Positions 57,990-64,000 of a stretch of DNA of 64,000 nucleotides are shown here, one piece after another. The position numbers were made by a program, and so were the translations under genes. Below the pieces are notes generated by a model, which saw only the letters and a program-made list of their open reading frames with translations, ran no database searches and was not told where the DNA came from. Within the stretch, counting starts at the first letter, position 1. Each line of letters begins with the position of its first letter. This DNA is from an uncultured Dehalococcoidia bacterium (GTDB lineage Bacteria > Chloroflexota > Dehalococcoidia > Lucifugimonadales > CAJWER01). The stretch spans positions 23,549-87,548 of the forward strand of contig CAYFFO010000005.1 in NCBI GenBank assembly GCA_964342485.1, in the 5' to 3' direction.

Positions 57990-59750
57990 TCACCTGATAG
58001 ACGTAGGGCGTAGATCAAGTATTTTTAATTCAGGTTTTTTTATACCGCCCCAATCATTCATTCCTATGTTATAAACCACATCGACGTGTTCATTTAGATT
58101 AGGTTGTTTATTTCCCTGTTTGAATGCAATTCCATCCCATATCTTATTCTCATGACTTAATTTTAGTTTAAGGTGATTTTTGCTACGTCCAACCAGTCTT
58201 GAATCTACAACACGCATTTTTCTAGTTAGCATAATTGGTTCAGGGTTATCTTTCCCGAAAGGTTTTAGAGAGTCGATAAAGTCAAAATCTTCTGAGTTAA
58301 ATAAGGAAGGAGAAATTTCACAGTCTATGGTAATAATTGGAGGTTTGGGATCCTGTGATTGGGTTGAAAGGATGTTTTTGATCATCTCTGATTTTAAAGC
58401 GGACAGGTCTGTTATAGGTACAGAGAAGCCTCCCGCCGCATGATGTCCGCCATAGTGGATTAATCTTGATTGTACCTTTTCCAATGCCTCAAAAACGTTA
58501 AATTCCGGGATACTCCTCACACTAGCTCGTGCTACCGTATCTCTAATTGACATTGCTACCACAGGCTTATGGTATGTTTCCGAAAGTCTATTTGCCACTA
58601 AGCCAATAATCCCAGGCATCCAGTCAGTGTGTTCAACAAATAATATTGGTGATTCGTCATCGGAATTTTCTATTTGCTCTATAGCTTGTTTTGTTGCCAG
58701 TTCTGACAGTTTACGGCGTTGAGTGTTATTTAGTTCAAGCTCTTGACATAGTGTTTCAGCTTCTTCTACCGATTCGGCTAGAAGAAGTTCCAAACTGGTT
58801 TTAACATCTCCAACACGTCCTGATGCGTTTATCCTCGGGACTATACCAAACGAAACCGCTTCGACGTCGATTTTATTATCAGTAAGACCAAGGCTCCTGA
58901 TTAAAACCTTGAGCCCAAGATGGTTTGTATTGCTTAGGCCTTCTAGTCCAGATTTGACAATATATCTGTTTTCGTCGGTCAAAGGTCCTACGTCAGCTAT
59001 AGTACCCAGAGCAGCTATTTCTAGAAGATCTTCTGGTCTGTTTTTGTTAAGAGATTCCCACAAAGCCTCGACAAATTTATAAGACAATCCAGCACCTGTG
59101 AGACCCAAATGTGGGTACTTTGATATTGACCTATAAGGATTTATAATAGCTGATGCTTCAGGTACTGTGTCAGATGTTTGGTGGTGATCTGTGATGATAG
59201 TATTGATACCTAAGCCACTAGCGAGTTCAATTTCATCAGGAGAAGAGGTTCCACAATCAACTGTGATCATAGTTGATACACCTTGGCCACGTATACTACC
59301 AACCGCAAATGAGTTCAATCCGTGTCCTTCGGTCACTCTGTCGGGTATATACGGTATTACATCCAGCCCCAATTGACGTAAAGCAAGGGTCATAATTGCT
59401 GTTCCAGTTAGACCATCTGCGTCAAAATCCCCAAAAACAGCTATTTTCTCGTTATCGGATATTGCTTTATGGATCAGTGATATAGCAGTATCCATGTCAG
59501 GTAGTAAAAAAGGGTCGTGGCTCAGCCTATGATCCGGATTTAAAAAAAGTTCAATTTGATAGGGGTCAATCAGTCCCCTGTTAAATAGCAGGGATGCTTG
59601 TAAATTGGAAAATCCAGTTGAAGTAACGAAATCTGATGGGACTGTGGGTAAAATCCTCCATTCAGGAGTGGGAATTTTGTGTCCAGTGTATTTGTGAAAT
59701 ATTCTTTTGTTTGAAAGACTGGTCAATATGAGTCCTGCTTCAGTCTTCAA
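57990..59750 (-). CDS. recJ: single-stranded-DNA-specific exonuclease RecJ
   Basis: DHH-family motifs VFGDFDADG, ITVDCG, ITDHHQ and GGHHAAGG. The ORF start overlaps the fabF stop by 11 nt, so the true start may be slightly downstream. Confidence 0.9.
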   Translation of the reverse strand: MKTEAGLILTSLSNKRIFHKYTGHKIPTPEWRILPTVPSDFVTSTGFSNLQASLLFNRGLIDPYQIELFLNPDHRLSHDPFLLPDMDTAISLIHKAISDNEKIAVFGDFDADGLTGTAIMTLALRQLGLDVIPYIPDRVTEGHGLNSFAVGSIRGQGVSTMITVDCGTSSPDEIELASGLGINTIITDHHQTSDTVPEASAIINPYRSISKYPHLGLTGAGLSYKFVEALWESLNKNRPEDLLEIAALGTIADVGPLTDENRYIVKSGLEGLSNTNHLGLKVLIRSLGLTDNKIDVEAVSFGIVPRINASGRVGDVKTSLELLLAESVEEAETLCQELELNNTQRRKLSELATKQAIEQIENSDDESPILFVEHTDWMPGIIGLVANRLSETYHKPVVAMSIRDTVARASVRSIPEFNVFEALEKVQSRLIHYGGHHAAGGFSVPITDLSALKSEMIKNILSTQSQDPKPPIITIDCEISPSLFNSEDFDFIDSLKPFGKDNPEPIMLTRKMRVVDSRLVGRSKNHLKLKLSHENKIWDGIAFKQGNKQPNLNEHVDVVYNIGMNDWGGIKKPELKILDLRPTSIR

Positions 59751-60978
59751 AGTTTGTAAAAATTAGGCTTGCGTTATGTCCCCCGAATCCAAATGAATTA
59801 CTCATAGATCGATTGATACTTCCTCGCCTAGCCAGATGAGGAATATAGTCTAAATCACAGTCTGGATCTGGTTCTTGTAGATTTATTGTTGGAGGGGCGA
59901 CTCCTTTTTGGATACTAAGGGCGGCCACGGCTCCTTCTAATGCTCCACTGGCTCCTAAAAGGTGTCCTGTCATTGATTTGGTAGAACTAATTGGTATTTT
60001 ATATGCTTCATCTCCAAAAACTGATTTCATTGCTGCTGTCTCGTTTTTGTCGTTAAGTTGAGTGGATGTACCATGGGCGTTAATATAGTCGATATCCTTT
60101 GGTGTAAGTTCAGCATTATTCAATGCTATATTCATTGCTCTAGCACCACCTTCACCTTCTGGAGCTGGTTGAGTTATATGGTGTGCGTCAGCAGTTGCAC
60201 CATATCCTACAATTTCTGCTATTGGTTTCACCCCACGGGTTCTGGCGCTATGCTCGTTTTCTAAAACAAGTACCGCGCCACCTTCTCCCATTACAAAGCC
60301 ATCTCTGTGATAATCAAATGGTCTTGATGCCTTTGCAGGTTCTGAATTGTGTTTTGATAGAGCTTTACAGGCATTAAATCCTGCTACGCCTATAGGACAA
60401 ATTGCCGCTTCAGACCCACCTGCTAAAGCAAAATTAACTACCCCGTTACGTACCATATTGTATGCGGTTCCTATAGCGTCGGCCCCGCTTGAACAAGCAG
60501 ATACAGTTGCAAAGTTGGGTCCTTTTGTGCCAAGAATCATAGAAACTTGTCCAGATGCCATATCTGGAAGCATCATTGGGACCAAAAAAGGGGATACCCG
60601 TGATGGTCCTTTGTGTTCCATTACACCTATTTGCTCAGAGAGGGTAATAATGCCCCCAATACCACTTGCGACTATTACTGCTATTTCTTCAGCATTTTGA
60701 TTATTAATGCTAAGTTTTGCGTCATCGACTGCTTCCAGGGCAGCTACTACCCCAAACTGTACAAATCGATCCATTCTTCGGGATTCCTTCTTACCAATTC
60801 TTTCTATAGGATCAAAGTCTGGAATTTCCGCGGCTATCGTTGTTTCTAGTGTATTTGGATCGAACGACTGTATCGTGTCGATACCAGTTTTACCCTGCAA
60901 TAAATTTTTCCAAGTAGACTCTTTATCAAGTCCAACTGGGCTAACAATTCCTATTCCTGTAATGACTACTTTATTCAT
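59740..60978 (-). CDS. fabF: beta-ketoacyl-ACP synthase II
   Basis: VVITGIGIVSP, active-site ACSSG, NAHGTST, GHLLGASG and the C-terminal SFGFGGHN. Confidence 0.9.
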   Translation of the reverse strand: MNKVVITGIGIVSPVGLDKESTWKNLLQGKTGIDTIQSFDPNTLETTIAAEIPDFDPIERIGKKESRRMDRFVQFGVVAALEAVDDAKLSINNQNAEEIAVIVASGIGGIITLSEQIGVMEHKGPSRVSPFLVPMMLPDMASGQVSMILGTKGPNFATVSACSSGADAIGTAYNMVRNGVVNFALAGGSEAAICPIGVAGFNACKALSKHNSEPAKASRPFDYHRDGFVMGEGGAVLVLENEHSARTRGVKPIAEIVGYGATADAHHITQPAPEGEGGARAMNIALNNAELTPKDIDYINAHGTSTQLNDKNETAAMKSVFGDEAYKIPISSTKSMTGHLLGASGALEGAVAALSIQKGVAPPTINLQEPDPDCDLDYIPHLARRGSINRSMSNSFGFGGHNASLIFTNFED

Positions 60979-61093
60979 AGTTTTACTACCAAAATGGTTG
61001 ATTTAATCTAATAGCACAGAAATAAAGATAACATATAGTGTTGTTTACTGTGCCGATAAATCGATTACTTGCTTGAGATATTCAACTAAAGTG

Positions 61094-62038
61094 CTAAATT
61101 ATTTTAACCTTTATGTTATCTGCCATTAACTGGACTTGTTGCAGTGTGGGTTGACTAATTATTCCTCCCCGACCTCCGACCTTTATACCTGCTGCAGCGA
61201 CCCCCCATTGAAGACCTGTCTTTGTATCTAGTCCATTTACAAGGCAGTGTAGAAACGCACCTACAAATGCATCTCCTGCTCCGGTTGTGTCTGATACTCC
61301 TTTTGGTGCTATTGAAGAGGCTCTGTAAACTCCTTGTGGAGAAGAAACTAAAGCTCCTTCCTCGCCCATTGTTATGGCTATCGTTGATATACCTTTTTGA
61401 TGGAAATAATCAATGGCTTCTTCAGGTGAATCGGCTTTAATTATTGACTTGGTTTCATCAGGATGGCTGGCAAAAATTATGTCTACATACTCTATGACTT
61501 CATCTAGAGCGCCTTTTGCTTCGTCGGGACTGCACATACTAAGTCTTAGGTTTGTATCGAAAGATATTTTTACGCCGTGTTTCTTAGCAATCTGCATTCC
61601 TCTTAAGACTGTTTTACGACAGGTTGGTGAAATTGCCTGTGCAATACCGCTGGAATGAAAAATTCGTGATGACTTAATGTAATCTTCATTCAAATCTTCA
61701 GGAATCATTGTGCTGGCAGCACTATTTTTTCTGTAGAAAATAAATTCTCTTTCTCCACCTTCGAGAAGAGAAATGAAGTGTATAGCAGTAAAGCCGTCTA
61801 CGCGAGTTATTTCAGATACGTCGATATTATTCATTTTACAAGAGGCAATCAGGAATTCTGCAAAAGGATCATCTCCCAGGCGAGTTAAATAGCCTGTACT
61901 TGACCCAAGTTTAGAAGCCATGTGAAGCATGTTGATCGTATCTCCTGCGTATGATTTATTGAAACTACTTGCAAGATCCAGTGGTTTATCACTGTAAAGT
62001 TCAATCATGCATTCCCCGATAGATATAATTTGTGGCAT
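61094..62038 (-). CDS. PfkB-family sugar kinase (2-dehydro-3-deoxygluconokinase-like)
   Basis: IISIGECMIEL N-terminus, DTNLR and DTTGAGDAF. Confidence 0.8.
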   Translation of the reverse strand: MPQIISIGECMIELYSDKPLDLASSFNKSYAGDTINMLHMASKLGSSTGYLTRLGDDPFAEFLIASCKMNNIDVSEITRVDGFTAIHFISLLEGGEREFIFYRKNSAASTMIPEDLNEDYIKSSRIFHSSGIAQAISPTCRKTVLRGMQIAKKHGVKISFDTNLRLSMCSPDEAKGALDEVIEYVDIIFASHPDETKSIIKADSPEEAIDYFHQKGISTIAITMGEEGALVSSPQGVYRASSIAPKGVSDTTGAGDAFVGAFLHCLVNGLDTKTGLQWGVAAAGIKVGGRGGIISQPTLQQVQLMADNIKVKII

Positions 62039-62191
62039 ATTTACTCTCTATTTTAGAAGTTAGTTTAGTCTAATATAAATATTTTTGAAGATTAGTTGGT
62101 AGTAAATCCTGGGTCAGTAATTCAGATAAGGTTTGAGACGATATGTTTCATAAATTATAGGTAATGTTGTGAATATGAGAATCGATTTGAA

Positions 62192-62854
62192 TCAATTTTC
62201 AATCAGCACGGCCCGTACCGGAGCTCCTTCCGTATTTAAAAGGTTAATAGGCAAGCATATAAGTTGATACCAACCAGTTTTAGTATTTGCTAGATTAAGG
62301 TGTTCAAGTAGGATTATATCCGAAGATAGTAGGGATTTATGTATGTCAAAATTCGAGGTTGAGTTTTCATCAAATGACGGTGTGTCAATCCCAAGTAATA
62401 TGATTCCAGTTTTAACCAGTTTATTTGCAATATATTTGGAGATCACTTGCCAATATCCGCCGCTATAGCCTGTTTTTATTAGCAGTCTCCTGGTGTTTTT
62501 TGGAATTGTAATATTTTCTGGGATGTGTCCGGTTGTATTAATGGTTTCAGATAGGTCAAGCAGGTAGCATCTACCAATTAAATTGGCTAGAGGGATTTTG
62601 TCTACGGTCAATCCACCATCAATAAAGTGAGAGGGGGCGTCAATATGGGAGGAGGTATGAGCACTTATTTTCAAAAGGGTTAAGTCAAAAGGGTCTCCTC
62701 TTTCTATACTGTGTATTTTAGTAAATTTTGAAGGTGGGTCATCCGAGTAACTAGATTTCCCATCGTTGATCGGGCGACTGATATCAATTATCGACATGTT
62801 TAATTCCTGATCGTTTCCCAAGCTATTATTTGACGGTTTTTTTCTCATGTCCAT
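62192..62854 (-). CDS. cyclase-family protein (kynurenine/aryl formamidase-like)
   Basis: AHTSSHIDAPSHF (HxxxHxDxPxH motif) and a C-terminal PVRAVL. An alternative start MSIIDIS at 62797 also has a Shine-Dalgarno site. Confidence 0.75.
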   Translation of the reverse strand: MDMRKKPSNNSLGNDQELNMSIIDISRPINDGKSSYSDDPPSKFTKIHSIERGDPFDLTLLKISAHTSSHIDAPSHFIDGGLTVDKIPLANLIGRCYLLDLSETINTTGHIPENITIPKNTRRLLIKTGYSGGYWQVISKYIANKLVKTGIILLGIDTPSFDENSTSNFDIHKSLLSSDIILLEHLNLANTKTGWYQLICLPINLLNTEGAPVRAVLIEN

Positions 62855-62887
62855 ATAATAATCCTTTGTAATGATCAGGAGAAATAT

Positions 62888-64000
62888 TTGAGTGATACTA
62901 ATTTACAAATATCTGTGCCAACAGTTTCCATAGAGACTCATGGCTGCAAATTAAACCAATCTGACTCGTTTGGATTTGTAAGAGAACTAGAGACAGCGGG
63001 ATTCAAACTGGTTTCACGAGACGAGCCTGCAGATGTATATATTGTCAATACATGTACAGTAACTCATATTGCTGACCGAAAAGGTAGACAGGCTTTAAGA
63101 TCCGCTAAGCGACTAAATCCCAACGCTACAATTGTGGCTACAGGATGTTATGCCGAACGAGATCCTGAAGCTTTGAAATCTCTTGATGAGGTTGATTTGG
63201 TTGTTGGAAATTCAGGTAAATTTGAGCTCGTAAAAAAAATCGTTGAAATACAGGCTGAATGGAATGTTCCATGTTCTACAGGAGATGATTCAGTAATTAA
63301 TGGATCATCCATTGTTCGATCTAGGCCTATGATAAAAATCCAAGAGGGATGCAATCAAATTTGTGCGTATTGTATTGTCCCGAAGGTTAGAGGTCGTGAG
63401 AGAAGTATTGATCCCGGCAAAATTATCTCAGAGATTAAACGGTATTCACTAGATGGATATAAAGAGATAGTTCTTACTGGTACTCAGCTTGGTTCTTATG
63501 GATTTGATCTTGAAGACATAGATTTAGTCGGTTTGATCCAGCAGATATTACTAAACACGGATATGCCCAGAATTCGTGTTTCTTCTTTGCAACCACAGGA
63601 AATCTCCGATAGACTTCTGGAACTTTGGACGGATTCACGGTTATGTCCACATTTTCATATCCCACTTCAGAGCGCAAGTGATCGTATTTTGAAAATGATG
63701 AGGAGACGGTATACAAATGTACAGTATGCTAACTCAATAAATAAAATCAGAAAAAAAATTGATAACGCGTCCATAACAACCGATGTTATTGTTGGATTTC
63801 CTCAAGAGACTAATCAAGAATTTGAAGAGACATATAATATGTGCGACCAAGTTGGATTTACTGATGTACATGTGTTTCCTTATTCAGAAAGACCAGGCAC
63901 TAGTGCTGTTTATTTTGGAAACAAAGTTGATGCCATAGAAAAAACTTCCAGAGTTCGTAGGTTATTGAATCAATGTGAGATTCATTCTTTGGAATACAGG
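62888..64000 (+). CDS. mtaB: MiaB/MtaB-family radical-SAM tRNA methylthiotransferase (MtaB-like), 3' end off the window
   Basis: Not in the ORF track because it is open-ended. TTG 62888 lies 6 nt after AGGAG. My translation stays open for 371 codons: IETHGCKLNQSDS (UPF0004 domain), IQEGCNQICAYCIVP (CxxxCxxC), HFHIPLQSASDRIL. Confidence 0.8.
   Translation, partial: MSDTNLQISVPTVSIETHGCKLNQSDSFGFVRELETAGFKLVSRDEPADVYIVNTCTVTHIADRKGRQALRSAKRLNPNATIVATGCYAERDPEALKSLDEVDLVVGNSGKFELVKKIVEIQAEWNVPCSTGDDSVINGSSIVRSRPMIKIQEGCNQICAYCIVPKVRGRERSIDPGKIISEIKRYSLDGYKEIVLTGTQLGSYGFDLEDIDLVGLIQQILLNTDMPRIRVSSLQPQEISDRLLELWTDSRLCPHFHIPLQSASDRILKMMRRRYTNVQYANSINKIRKKIDNASITTDVIVGFPQETNQEFEETYNMCDQVGFTDVHVFPYSERPGTSAVYFGNKVDAIEKTSRVRRLLNQCEIHSLEYR

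Overview
AT-rich, densely coding bacterial chromosomal window with about 60 genes on both strands. I saw no rRNA, CRISPR array, transposase or prophage. All family calls come from motifs read in the translations; no database search was possible.

Housekeeping content:
- tRNA-Gly and tRNA-Phe
- rpsP, a KH-domain gene and rimM
- rplI, dnaB, a DnaD-like gene and a DnaC-like gene
- argS, and yebC-ruvC-ruvA
- uvrB, uvrC, a XerC/D recombinase, lgt, recJ, fabF and an MtaB-like gene

Interspersed are many paralogous catabolic-type enzymes: two HpcH aldolases, several amidohydrolases, a PTER-like hydrolase, two RidA genes, MOSC, an MDR dehydrogenase, a CoxL-type molybdoenzyme subunit, DUF1501 and DUF3500. 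This mix, plus an acVLRF1-type gene, suggests a marine Chloroflexota-like (SAR202-type) organism, but that is inference only. Many genes appear to start with TTG or GTG behind good Shine-Dalgarno sites.

Main observations:
1. Two genes are truncated in the ORF track by an in-frame UGA that sits exactly on a catalytic Cys. One is selD, which also has a perfect downstream hairpin. The other is an OsmC-family gene. Both are candidate selenoproteins.
2. A 930-aa secreted protein carries the catalytic motifs of vertebrate-type protein-arginine deiminase.
3. A Vms1/ANKZF1-like VLRF1 domain protein is present.
4. An internally duplicated DnaC/DnaI-type AAA+ protein with a zinc ribbon follows dnaB and a DnaD-like gene.
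5. A NUDIX gene is broken by a 1-nt frameshift.

I did not find a clear multi-gene defence-type system. The candidates are listed with caveats.
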